Assembly: GCF_009914755.1 (NCBI RefSeq)
Contig: NC_060926.1
Source: the human T2T-CHM13v2.0 reference genome, Homo sapiens
Strand: one strand, 5' to 3'
Length of the DNA: 64,000 nt
Below the pieces are notes generated by a model. The model did not search any database. It worked only from the letters and a program-made list of their open reading frames with translations, and had not been told where the DNA came from. Shown here one piece after another: positions 17,291-33,275 of this stretch; the first letter of the stretch is position 1; every line of letters begins with the position of its first letter. The position numbers and the translations under genes were made by a program.

Positions 17291-18632
17291 TTAAAAATGA
17301 AGCCATTGAAGTTCTAAATTATGCTTAGTAAAGTTATGCCAATAAGAAAGGAAGGGAAAGAGCTAGTGCTGCCGTGGCAGAGCATATAGTCAGCAGGGTT
17401 TTGACAAGGAAGGGTTTCAGTTGACTGAGAAATTCCCATGAGAAGAGCAGGGTGAAGTGTAGAGAACCGAGAAGCCTTGAAACAAAGAGCCAGGGAGAAC
17501 TTCTAGCCTAAGAGGAGTACAGAGAGGCTCAAAACCAAAACTGGGAAGAAGAGTTCCAGCCCAACGAGTTCCTTCCAAACAAAGAAGCCTTAGATTCTAA
17601 CCCAGCTTCAGAGAGCACAGTCATTCAAAATGTGACTGAAATAATAAGCCTTTTTATTTATGGCTTACCCATGGATGCAATAGGTGTTCCCAAAAAGTGT
17701 GTAGAAGATGGAGCCTCTGTTCCAAAGTCACTCCCAAAGATATCCAAAGAGAGAAGAAATAAAAATCTTTTTTGCTGCAGGCAATGAGAATAGTGTTTGT
17801 CAATTCCAGATCAAGGCAGATTCAGTTAAAATAAAAAAAAGAATGATGTTTGTGAAAACTTGTGTCCGTGGCCTCCAACAAAAGTGAGATACTTTTGACA
17901 CTGGGTAGGTGATGCTGAAATGGGATTCCTCAGTACTAGCAAGGCGGCAAGGAAAGAGATGACGCAGGCCCTTATGGACTGAGATCTTTTATTTAGACAG
18001 ACTCCCTTGAGAGCTGGCATGGTCCTTAGGAAAGTATCTCAGGCCCCCAGGCCACTGGCTGCCTGCCTGCAGACATAGACCCACTGGCAGGTAGAAAACC
18101 AATAACGAGAATGCAGTCACTGGATTCAAGCCAAGGTCTCAGGACACAAAATGAAACAAACAGGACACTATGGCTATCCCTGAGAAGGAAAGGATCTATT
18201 ATAAGAGTACTTGAACCAAGAGTGACAGTACCCGAAGAACTAGTTCCTAAAGTGTTTCCTCCTATAAATCTAGATTTTGGAAAATCCCTTTTAGAAAAGG
18301 AAAGCAGAAGCTCTTAACATGCTTACTCAGCTGGACCCCGAGATTTAGGGTCTGACAGGTAATATGTTTATTTTCACTGGCTGGGTCATAGGTCCTGGGA
18401 TTTCAGTTGCAGTTTCCAGAACAAGCAGGAAATCCCAGCCATCCCAACCTCACTGACAAATCTGTTGGGAGGAAAACTTTCCCTCCTCCAACCTGGGTTT
18501 AGTTGTTGGGGACCTGCACATTATCCGATAATAGGCAGGTTGATAGGAGAAAAGACAGGGTTTATTTATGTGTGTCATGGGAGTGCTCAGTGATGAGTAA
18601 TTCACTCAATAGTCAGAGATAAAAGGTTTATA

Positions 18633-19144
18633 CAGTAGTTCCCCCTAATCCCCTATGGATTAATATGGGATTCCTCTATGTTCCAAGACCCCAGTGGATG
18701 ATCAAAACCATTGATAGTACTGAACCCTGGCCAAGGAATGCTAAGGTCACTTTTTCGCTTAAAGGAAGCACTTTATGGCTTCTCTTTGGCATATCCAAGT
18801 TGCCAGCATCGCTATTTTTGTGCTTTGGGAACATAACTAAGTAAAACAAAGGTTACTTTAACACAGGCACTGTGACACTGAAATAATTGACCTGATAACT
18901 GAGAAGGCTACTAAGTGACCTTGGGCAGCATATACAGCGTGGATACCCAGAACAAAGGAAGGATTCATGTCCAGGTCAGGAAGGAGTGGGAGGGTGCAAG
19001 ACTTCATCACACTACTCAGATTGGCGCACAAGTTAAAACTTGTGAATTCTTTCTGGAATTCTCCAATTAATATTTTCAGTTCTTCACTGACCATGGGAAA
19101 CTGAAATCAGGGAAAGCCAAACTGCAGATAAGGAGGAACTATTG
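18633..19144 (+). mobile_element. MER44-type TcMar-Tigger MITE inserted in the ERV LTR
   Basis: Termini ta|cagtagttccccctaatc ... gataaggaggaactattg; internal ttccaagaccccagtggatg. Confidence 0.85.
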
Positions 19145-19352
19145 TTTACCAACTTAAAATGGAGGAGAGGGGTTTAGGGCTTCAATCGGAAGGTGTAGAT
19201 GGTTCTGTTGGCCTTTTTGCTGCCAATGGCAATGGGCAGACTCTCTATGGCAGCTGAATTCCAGGAAACTCCCACGGAGAGAGGGTTAATGACAGCTGGG
19301 CTTTCCAGAGGGAAGTTGGATAAGGGAAGTTCAGGTAATATGTCTTTCTGCG

Positions 19353-19664
<312 letters not shown>

Positions 19665-20211
19665 TCAAATTACTTTTATTTTAAAATAATCTTTATTCCA
19701 ACTCTGTGGATCTAAGTAGGTGCCCTAATATTGAAATCTTTCTAAAATATATTAAAACTCTTACCTGGGACTTTCATTATTTTAACAGCTTTATTGCTGT
19801 ATAATGGGGATATAGTAAACTGCACATATTTAAAGCATATAATTTGATAAAGGGACATATGAATGTATCCACGAAACTATCAACATGATATTCAACATGA
19901 TAGCGAACATATCTATCACTCCCAAAAATTTCTCCAGTGTCCCTTTAAAAATTTCGCCCTTGATTCTCCCCAAACCATCCCTGTCAGGAAACCAGTGATC
20001 TTTTTGTCACTGTAGATTTGTTTACATATTCTAGAGTTTTATATAAATGGAATCATACAATACTCTTTTTTTGTCTAGCTACCTTCACTCAGCATAATTA
20101 TTCTTGAGATTCATTCATGTTTCTTGTATCAATAGTTCATTCCTTTTTATTGCTGAGCATTAGTCCATTGTATGATATAATAAGGCTGGTATGACCATTT
20201 GCATATGTTTG

Positions 20212-20974
20212 TGAAACTGCCATGGCAAAATTGTGACGGTAAAAGAAGTTTGACATGGCTGACTCTGTCTTGGTTCTAACCTCAAAGCTATCTTTGCTCA
20301 TTCCTGGGTATAGGCCAAGCTCATGATGGGAAGAATTTAGTTTATAGTTTAACCTGAAAGCAAGGATAATATTCCTTTCCTAAAACTTAACCCCTTCCTT
20401 GTTCAGGGACCGAAAACCACTTTTGTCAGACTAATGAAAGGCCACAAGATTAGGATTATGTGAGGGGTCTGAATTCTGCTAAAATATAGGCATAGTTTTT
20501 ATAATCCTTTCCTGCTCAGGAGTCCTGTGGCCAGAGGTGACAGGATTTGTGACTTTCCCAAGTGCTCCTGTAGATGACATCACTAATGTAGAACCTAAGA
20601 TTGGTCTTTTGAGATTTTTTTCAAACTTTCTGGCAACCGACTGATCCCCACCCAGAACCATGACTCTTGACTCAGCTGGTCCTGTGGCCCCACCCAGAGG
20701 CAGACTCAGCCCATAAGGAATGTTTTCCATACATATATGATTTCATCCTTAACCAGTCAGCAGCACTCATTCTCCAGCCCCCTGCCCATCAAATTTTCCA
20801 GGAAAACTCTGCCTAGCTTCTGAGTTCTTGGAGAGACTGATTTAAGTGATAACTCCAGTTTCCCTGTGTTGCTGGCCATGTATTAATTAAATTCTTTCTT
20901 TACTGGACTGCTGCAATCTCAGTGAATTGATTTTGTCTGTGCAGTGGGCAGGAAGGACCCACTGGGCGATTATG
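20212..20974 (+). mobile_element. LTR8-family (HUERS-P1) solo LTR, LTR8B-like
   Basis: Starts tgaaactgccatggcaaaattgtgac; contains gctcattcctgggtataggccaagc; ends ggaaggacccactgggcgattatg; imperfect TSD TTTG/TTTC. Confidence 0.85.
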
Positions 20975-21186
20975 TTTCTATGGATGTATGCTTTCAGTTT
21001 TCTTAGGTAAATACCTAGGAGTGAAATGGTTGAACATAATGGAAAGTGTATGTTCAACTTTTAAAGAAACTGATAAACTGCAGGAGTGATGGTGATAACT
21101 GCACCATTTTGTGCTCCTACTAACAGTTCATAATAGTTTCAGTTCTTTGACCTCCTTGCCAACACTTGAAAAATATTGAGGTTAGT

Positions 21187-21482
21187 TTCTTTTTTTTGAG
21201 ACGGAGTCTTGTTGTGTTGCCTAGGCTGGAGTGCAGTGGCATGATCTCAGCTCACTGAAACCTCCACCTCCTGAGTTTAAGTGATTCTCCTGCCTCAGCC
21301 TCCTGAGTAGCTGGGATTACAGGGGTGTGCCACCATGCCTAGCTAAGTTTTGTATTTTTAGTGGTGACGGGGTTTCACCTTGTGGGCCAGGCTGATCTCG
21401 AACTCCTGACCTCAGGTAATCTGCCAGCCTCGGCCTCCCAACGTGCTGCTGGGATTACAGGTGTGAGCCACCATACCCAGCC
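21187..21482 (-). mobile_element. Alu (AluS)
   Basis: Full dimer. Confidence 0.93.
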
Positions 21483-21509
21483 TAGTTTTTATATTTCTGA
21501 GAGTTTTAG

Positions 21510-21838
<329 letters not shown>

Positions 21839-22107
21839 TGCATTTATTTTTCTTTGAGCTATTTAGAATAGAGCTCTTATTAATTGGTTAATACCATTTG
21901 GAGGTAGGAAAATACCACATATACATACTCTCTATACATACAAACCATTCAATAATTCTAATAGATGTGTAGTAGTACCTCATAGTTTTAAAATAATTTT
22001 TAATTTTTAATTTTTGTGGGTTACGTAGTAGGTGTATCATTATAGTTTTAATTTGCATTTCTCTAGCAACCTGAAATAATCAAAATCCACTTTAAAGAGT
22101 CTATTCA

Positions 22108-22392
<285 letters not shown>

Positions 22393-22788
22393 TTATTTAA
22401 GTGAAAAACTGGGAATAGCCATCCAGGAGACTCCAGAGAAATGGAGTCATTGCTCTGAAATAAGTTTTTGCTTATATAGGCAGAAAAGAAAGAAGTTTGG
22501 TAGGAGTATAACATTTTGTATACAAGGCTGGTTTATGAGTTATAGCAGATCAATTAGTTACATTTTGCATTTTTCCCTCCCATGGCTTGTTTTGTTTTCT
22601 TTATAGCTGGTTTTCATTTTCTTTCCAATTTAAAAGAATGTATTTAACATTCTGTCTTATTGTGATAGTCATGAAGTCTTTGTGTGAGAAAGGTAAGAGG
22701 GAAGTTAATCTATAATGAAGATTAACAGTGAAGAGAGGAGTCTTCCCTGGCATCTTTTAGTCATTTGCAACATTTTATAAAACTGTAG

Positions 22789-23154
<366 letters not shown>

Positions 23155-23334
23155 TAGTATAATCAAAGAAATAGGTTTGCAGCTGCCTAGGTTATAGCTA
23201 CTTGTCATGTGACTTAAGCCCTATAAATCACGAGTTTAAGGCTCAAAATAATTTGGCGTTCCAACAGCTAAGATTTTGAATTACTTATTTCCACATCTCT
23301 AATGACTGAGTTCTGTTTATGTGCTTATTAATCA

Positions 23335-23588
<254 letters not shown>

Positions 23589-23864
23589 TTGTCTTTGCAT
23601 TTTTTAACTTCTTTTCTTTTGAACTGCGTAAGTTTTCAGTTTTGATGAAGCTCAGTTTATTAGTTTGTCCTTTTATTGGTTGTGCTTTCGGTGTTGTATC
23701 TAATAATTCTTTGCTAACCAAAGCTTTCAAAGAGTTCTCTTCTGTTTGTTTTTTTCTATAAGCTTTACAATTTTAGCTTTTACTTTTTGTCTTTGATTCA
23801 TTTTGAGTTTGTGTGTGTGTGAATTACAATTTTAATGCATTCTCAATAGGGACAAGAATTGATA

Positions 23865-24163
<299 letters not shown>

Positions 24164-24570
24164 TAGGGAATGAAAGAATATTACTGTTTTTACATATAAA
24201 GCACGGGTATATGTAGCACATAAACAGATACACAGTTTATCTGTGGTATTACCGTTTCATGAGGGAAGGCACAATTAGGTTGAAAATGTCTAGAAAGGTT
24301 CCTTAGGGGTGCAACAATGAAAAGTTGAGAAACAAGGTCTAATTTATACTCTGAATGTTGGTACACAATTGTCCCAGTCCCATTTGTCCAAGAGACTATC
24401 CTTTCTCCCATTGAATTGCCTTATCAGCTTTGTTGAAAATCAGTTGGTTGTTTATTTCTGGACTGTGAATTCTGTTCCACAGATCTGTATCAGAAAACTT
24501 GGTTATAATATCACATATAGTAGATAGAATAATTGTTCAGATGCATTAAATGTTAGCACCTCAAAATTAA

Positions 24571-25230
<660 letters not shown>

Positions 25231-25254
25231 TAGTTTTAATTGAAGGAAGATGGA

Positions 25255-25257
<3 letters not shown>

Positions 25258-25295
<38 letters not shown>
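25258..25295. repeat. (GT)n microsatellite
   Basis: About 19 uninterrupted units. Confidence 0.97.
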
Positions 25296-25300
<5 letters not shown>

Positions 25301-25412
25301 CTTTTTAAGAGATGTGGTCTCGCTTGTTGCCCAAGAATGCAGTGGGGTGTTTATAGCTCACTGCAGCCTTGAACTCCCACCTCAGCCTTCTGAGTAGCAG
25401 GGATTACAGGTG
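25301..25412 (-). mobile_element. Degraded Alu fragment
   Basis: gagatgtggtctcgc...gctcactgcagccttgaactcc. Confidence 0.75.
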
Positions 25413-26074
25413 TAGGTTTATAACCTGCTTCATAGGAGATTTTGGGGGTGGTTTGTGAGAGTGGTCTTTCTGCTTCTGTTTTCTAAAATGCCTAGATGAC
25501 ATATTTTGGGGTAGCACTTCCTGTACCCCATCAATTCCATGAAACTATATAGCTTTATAACTGTAAAATATTGCCATCTAATTTGAATAAAGTCCTATCT
25601 TTTCCATATAAGGATAGAATTTTCAGTCTTTTTTGTGACTGTGGTTTTCTGTTTTTTGCCAAAGATGCTTAACTCAGTTTTTGGATTGACCCCATTGCTG
25701 GTTAAGTTGGAATCTGCAGAAATTAACGTTAGCCGTAAAGTCTTTGTCTCCTTTTTTTCATTACAAAAAAAATTATGTGGCAATAGTCTATAAAATCTTT
25801 GTCTTAAAGACAAATCAACAAGAGGAAACTTATAAAGAAAGGAAAAGGACATGCCACCCGCTGGTGTTTTACTGAGTTTCTTTGACGTAAAAACACAAGC
25901 AAACTATTCTTTTTATTTTAGGAATTTGAGTTTATTGTTAAATCCATTCTCTAATAAACCAAACTCTTTTCTTCATTCCTGTTAAGAGTTGTAAATAAAG
26001 ATTTGCAAAGCATTATTTGCCCTTGGAAAAGCAGAGAACTACTCATGGAATAACCCTAAGTGAGGGAAAGAGGA

Positions 26075-26212
26075 AAAAAAAATGTTTCTTGAGTGCCTAC
26101 AGTGTGCTTAGTACTATTGCATGCTTTAGAATATTTTCTTATTTGAATCTTGTGACTGTCATTTAAGATTAGTATTATTAGCTGCTTTTGAAAACGGATG
26201 AAATGAAGGCTC
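26075..26212. mobile_element. MIR fragment
   Basis: ttgagtgcctacagtgtgc...aacggatgaaatgaaggctca. Confidence 0.65.
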
Positions 26213-26406
26213 ATTTTAAGTTCAGGGGTACATGTGCAGGTTTGTTATATAGGTAAACTTGTGTCATGGGGGTTTGTTATACAGATTATTTCATCACCCA
26301 GGTATTAAGCCTAGTACCTTTTAGTTATTTTTCCTGATCCTCTTTCTCCTCCCACTCTCTACCCTCTGACAGGCCCCAGCATGCGTTGTTCCTTTCTTTG
26401 TGTCCA
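26213..26406 (-). mobile_element. L1PA (about PA11-13) 3' UTR fragment
   Basis: ttcaggggtacatgtgcaggtttgttatataggtaaacttgtgtcatggggg. Confidence 0.85.
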
Positions 26407-26431
26407 CAAACCCCGTTTTCTGTATTGTGGT

Positions 26432-26759
<328 letters not shown>

Positions 26760-27604
26760 TAATACACAGTCATAATGTATGAATTATCTGATTTTTGTAC
26801 TCACATGTAGACAATTCTACCATAGATTTTCTGGGAACAGACCTTATTTTCATTATCCTGCTGTCAGAATGTGTTAGATCATAAATGTTTGGTTTTATAA
26901 ATTTATATATTTTTATGTTTCTATAGTTTTAGTAGTTTTTTTAGAGAAAACTTTTTTCATAGTATTTATTTATAATGACTTTAATATTGTATAGTCATAC
27001 CATATTGTTTAGTAGACAGTTGGATTGTTTCTAGACTTTCTTGTTGATAGTACTTCAGTTCGTGCTTTTGTACAGTTTTTGCATCTGTTGAGTTATTTAT
27101 TCGGGCCTTTTCTCAGAGGTGGGGTTATTAGATTAAAGGCCGCGAACACTGATTTTATTTTGTCATGTTGCTTTCCATGCAGATTTTTTACTTTATACTT
27201 AACTCATTGTACTAGTTTTACTGCTCTTAGTTAGCATTGTTTGTTTATTTTTGCTCATTTAGTTATAAATAGTGACTTAAGAGTGTTTACATCTCCTTTT
27301 GTTTTATTACTGTTTACGATGGTTTCACCATGTGCTTATTATTTGTACATTCTCTCATGTGAATTGTCTTTTCGTATCATTTGCGTATGTATGCATGGAA
27401 ATCTTGATATGTTATATAAAAATAATGATATTAGCCTTTTTTCAGTAACTTGTAAAGATTATCAGGAAAGGAAATAATGCTAGGACAAGGAAAGGAAGGT
27501 CCATGTTCAATGGAAACCTTAATAGTATATATAGCTATGAATACTGGAGAAAGAAAATTTTTATTTTTAGGAAATAATACGTGAGTAACAGGAATAAAAG
27601 GGGA

Positions 27605-27790
27605 GGCACTTAATATTTATTGAAACCCTAGTTAGTTTTAAACCTTAGGGCAGGCATTTTATAAATGTAATTTTATTTAATTTTTATAAGACTACTAGCT
27701 AGATATTTCCCCATTTTACAGATAAGTAAACTGAGACAGAAAAATTAAGCAACTTTTCCAAAGACACACATCTTGTTCATAAAAGCTCTA
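27605..27790. mobile_element. MIR
   Basis: Core ccccattttacagataagtaaactgagacaga...aagcaacttttccaaagacacaca. Confidence 0.75.
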
Positions 27791-28416
27791 TTACTGAATT
27801 GGCTAATTGCTTCATGGCTGTGACATATTACCCATAATCCACATATTTTGAATCTGGAAACTCATGTCCTTTAATTATGTTGGGAATGAAGTTTTTGGTG
27901 TTGCAAAAAAAGAATTAACGCCGTGACAAATGATCTCTCAGCAAGGTGAGCTTTACTTTTTGCAGAAAGGGTGCTACTCAAAGCTGTCCAGCCACGAGAG
28001 CACACCAAACAAAGGAGCCAGTTATTTATAACCTGACACGTCTACCCTACTGCTGTGTCCAGTTTCCATTGGCTGGAATAGGACCTCACATTTTACACTT
28101 TACCCGATTGGCTGTTAGTTTAAAACTTTTTTAATTGGGTAAGGGGAACAGAACAAAGAAAAGGAAGTTGCCCAGGGATAGTTAAGGAAGCTTCTCCAAA
28201 TAAGGAATGGCATGGACTATGGACTGGGGCTTGTCTAGTTTTGTCCAGGCGTGCCAGAGCAAGCTAGGACAGCTGATTTGGAATATATGTGTGTGTGTGT
28301 GTGTGTGTACACACACACTGTAATAGTGGATAGCAATCTTATAGTAAGAAATTGTGACTTTTTATAATCTTTGAAGAAGAACTTTCCCATTTCTCACAAT
28401 CCCTTCTCTTTTTACT

Positions 28417-28911
28417 TTATACTTCTTCTTCAAATTTGTTTAGCATGTTTTGACTTTGTTGTTTGGCCTGATCCTCTGGAAGGAGCAGTCTTTCTGAATA
28501 CAGTGGCGGGGGAGTTGGGGATAGATTAGTAAGGGTAGTACTGACGAGTTTCTGCACTAACCTTCGAGTACAAGGTATAATACACCAACAAGAAGGAGTA
28601 TACTTAATACAGTAGCTAAGGAGGTGAGAATTGAAGCGATAGTTTCCTTTCATCTGCCAAACTAACTCTTTTACCAGTTTGAAATGGGGTTACTAATGTC
28701 AGAATTTTTAGCTAATTCATCTGATAGGGCAGTAAGTCCTTGTAGAGCTTGGGTTATGCTCCCATTGGGGGCAGTGTTATTTGGAATAAATGTACAGCAC
28801 TGGGTTTTAATCATTACACAGACACCTCCCTTTTTAGCTAACATCATGTCTAGGGCTTTCCTATTTTCCCAAGCCATTTGACTGGTAGACCCTAATTGCT
28901 CTGCAATTCCT
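28417..28911 (-). pseudogene. ERV env transmembrane-subunit remnant: immunosuppressive domain, CX6CC motif and cytoplasmic tail
   Basis: Translation GIAEQLGSTSQMAWENRKALDMMLAKKGGVCVMIKTQCCTFIPNN; stop at 28671; the tail CIIPC...LVQKLV...KFEEEV lies in another frame. Confidence 0.9.
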
Positions 28912-29248
28912 TTCTTTCCCCCTCGGGAGGTAACCTTCCTCCCGTGCCTTTCCCTTCTGGAGGTTCTTTGCACTCGTTCAGCCCCGCTGCCAGAAGTAGA
29001 CCACCAAGGAAGTAGTTTGTCACCCTTTGCAACATTTCCTACCTTGGCCCTCGGGCGAGGTTACCTGGTTGAGGCCCCTGATATCTGCGGCTTGGTAAGC
29101 CACTCCTTCTTTTTGGCGTTACTGAGAGTCCAGATAGATTGCTCGCACCAGGTGTGTCCTGGCTCTCTTCTCCCGGGGGCTGCCGCAAAGGGCAGTGGGG
29201 CGCCTCCCCACGAGGGAGGGCAAGAGACTGCCCTAGAGGGGAAAGGGA

Positions 29249-29267
29249 GCCCCACGTTGGAGCACCA
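29249..29267 (-). promoter_or_regulatory. Primer-binding site complementary to tRNA-Lys(CUU)
   Basis: Plus strand gagccccacgttggagcacca versus tRNA-Lys-CUU 3' end GAGCCCCACGTTGGGCGCCA (one inserted base, one CpG-type change); lies 3 nt from the LTR. Confidence 0.8.
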
Positions 29268-31021
29268 AATTGTTGGAAATGAAGTTTTTGGTGTTGCCTA
29301 AAAAAGGAATTAATGTGGGAACAAATGATCTCTCAGCAAGGTGAGCTTTACTTTCTGCAGAAAAGGTGCTACTCAGTAGCTGTCCAGCCACCAAACAAAG
29401 GAGACAGAGTTATTTATAACCTGACACATCTACCCTGCTGCTGTGTCCAGTTTCCATTGGCTGGAATAGGACCTCACATTTTACACTTTACCTGATTGGC
29501 TGTTAGTTTAAAACTTTTTAAATTGGGCAAGGGGAACACAACAAAGAAAGAAAAGGAAGATGCCCAGGGATAGTTAAGGAAACATCTCCAAATACGGAAT
29601 GGCATGGACTGTGGGCTGGGGCTTGTCTAGCTCTGTCCAGGCGTGCCAGAGCAAGCTAGGACAGCTGATTTGGAATATATATATACTAATAGTGGATAGC
29701 AATCTTATGGTAAAAAATTGTGACTTTTTATAATCTTTGAAAAAGAAGTTTCCCATTTCTCACAATTCTGAGAAATCTTTTTGTATAATTTATTGGATAA
29801 TTTCCTCTATACCATATTTTTCCCTCTTCTAATTTTGAAACTCCTGTTATTCATGGTTGGACCTTCTTGCTTGATTTCTTTAATTTTCTTCCTTTTTTTC
29901 TTTTCTTCAATTTTTATCTTTTTGCCTTTTTGGCTATCATTATAGAAATTTTCTCAACTACCCTGCTGTGTTAATTTTTCATTTCTGCTATTTTATTTCC
30001 AGATATTAATTTCTCATTTGTCTTTAATGTTCCTTTAAACAAGTAGGGAGTTGGTACTTGTTATGTAGGTGGTCTCTTGTTTATTTCTGATAATGATAAT
30101 TATAGGTCATATTTTGAATTTTAAAAAACTCCCTGAATTGTTTGTTCCTGTAAATTTCTATTTTTTTCTATTTATTTTGTTCTCTTTCACATTGGAGTTT
30201 TCTTCAAATATTTAATGCTTCTTTACTGTTATTTATATTTAAGAGTGATACACGAAGAGGTTGATTAGAGGCCTTGTGAGTATGGGCATAGCTGAAGGCC
30301 TACTGAACTTAGTCATATGATGCTGGGGTATATACCTTACAGTCAGTATCTGTTAAGTTTATTTTCCTGGTCGGATTGCTCCTCAGAGAGGAATTTTCCA
30401 CTACTTCTGCTTGGAAGTCCTGCTGCCAGTGTTCTTGGAGCCTGTTGTATAATAAAGAATGTGGTTGGCCTTTGCCCCTGGTTCCTAGGACAGAGGCTTT
30501 AAATCCTGGAATTTCTTCCGTGATAGGAGTGTCTTTATTTTTGACACTAGGCCCCTCAGATCATACTTTATAGTTTTTGCCAACCAGGTGACTGATAGTG
30601 AGCCCCTAGATAGTTTATGCTAATGAATGACACAGGATGGGGATTGGTAACTCCAGAAAGACTGTGATTAAGGAGTTGGGGCTTTCACCCATGCAGTATC
30701 ACCCTGACCTCCGGGGAGGATAAGGTGGGGCTGGAGATTGAGTTAAATCATGTGACCAGTTATTCAATCATTCATACCTACGTAATGCAGCCCCAGTAAG
30801 ATCTCTGGACACTGAAGTTTGGGTGAGTTTCCCTGGTGAACAGTACTCTGTGGGAACCCCTGAATCCCTGGTGAACAGTACTCTGTGTATATTGTTATTG
30901 CACCTGTGTGATAGGTGGGTGATTTGTCCTGACTCCACAAGGAAAGGCTGCAGAAGCTTCACATTTGGGCCCCTCCCAGACCTTACCCCAGGTGTCTCTT
31001 ATTTTCACTGGTCTTGATTTA

Positions 31022-31458
<437 letters not shown>

Positions 31459-31524
31459 CTATGTGTTGTTCCACCAAATTATTGAACCTGAGGGGGTAGT
31501 GGGAACCCCTGAATTTATAGCCAG

Positions 31525-31818
31525 TTTTTTGTTTTGTTTTGTTTTTTTGAGATGGAGTCTCACTCTGTTGTCCAGGCTGGAGTGCAATGACACCATCTCG
31601 GCTCACTGCAACCTGGGCCACCCCGGTTCAAACAATTCTCCTGTCTCAGCCTCCTGAGTGGTGCACACCACCATGCTCGGCTAATTTTTGTATTTTTAGT
31701 AGAGATGGGGTTTCACCATGTTGGTCAGGCTGGTCTTGAACTCCTGACCTCAGGTGATCTGCCCGCCTCGGCCTCCCAAAGTGCTAGGATTACAGGCGTG
31801 AGCCACCGTGCCCAGCCT
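31525..31818 (-). mobile_element. Alu (AluSx-like)
   Basis: Dimer with a small deletion. Confidence 0.93.
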
Positions 31819-32323
31819 GGCCAGTTGTTTAGAAGTGAAGGTGGCTTGGGAACCCTCAAGCTTGTGATTAGTGTCAGAAATGGTATCCTCTTTTAGAAGG
31901 ATAGTACCCTTAACTTGTAAAGTTAGGCCTAAGTCTTGGTAGTTTGTATCAGAATTGCCTTGCAGAGTCAAAGGAGAAAAGAGGCCTGGGCACCGTGCCG
32001 TCAGCATGTAGAATTGCACTTTACCTACCAGTTTTCAGAATAAGTCTCTTTCTCTCAGTTGTGCCTGAGATCCTTGAGTCCAGACCCCTCTGCTTCACTC
32101 TCCAGAATGGAAAACTACAGTCTTCCACCAGGGTTGGTGATGGGATGGTGGCTGGGCCAAGTAAGCCGATTTTCAACCTCTTCTTCGGTTTCCAACCTGT
32201 TTTCCAAAATCCAACAGATTTTTGATCTGTTTCCCTACTTTCAGTCGGAAGTAGATAGTGTTTCCCATTTCTTATTTCTCTGGAGTTATCCAGTGGGAAT
32301 TGCTTGCTTCTTAGCTGCCATAG

Positions 32324-32687
<364 letters not shown>

Positions 32688-32726
32688 CTTATATTTTTCA
32701 TTTTTGTGTTTGTAATAAAGAATTGA

Positions 32727-33275
<549 letters not shown>

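Larger units (their letters stand above)
27878..29764 (-). mobile_element. HERV-I-group mini-provirus: LTR10B-like 3' LTR 27878-28398, internal ~870 bp, 5' LTR 29271-29764
   Basis: Two highly similar tgttgg...ctcaca direct repeats; PBS at 29249-29267; polypurine tract at ~28399-28415; env TM remnant; imperfect TSD ATTA/ATTC. Confidence 0.9.

Noticed and set aside
25645-25710. Possible 36-nt micro-exon (aag|ATGCTT...GCTG|gttaag)
   Set aside because: Weak acceptor and donor, and no recognisable protein; it cannot be supported from sequence alone
28417-28973. A syncytin-like captured env gene
   Set aside because: No signal peptide, SU or furin site; a stop and frameshift precede the membrane region
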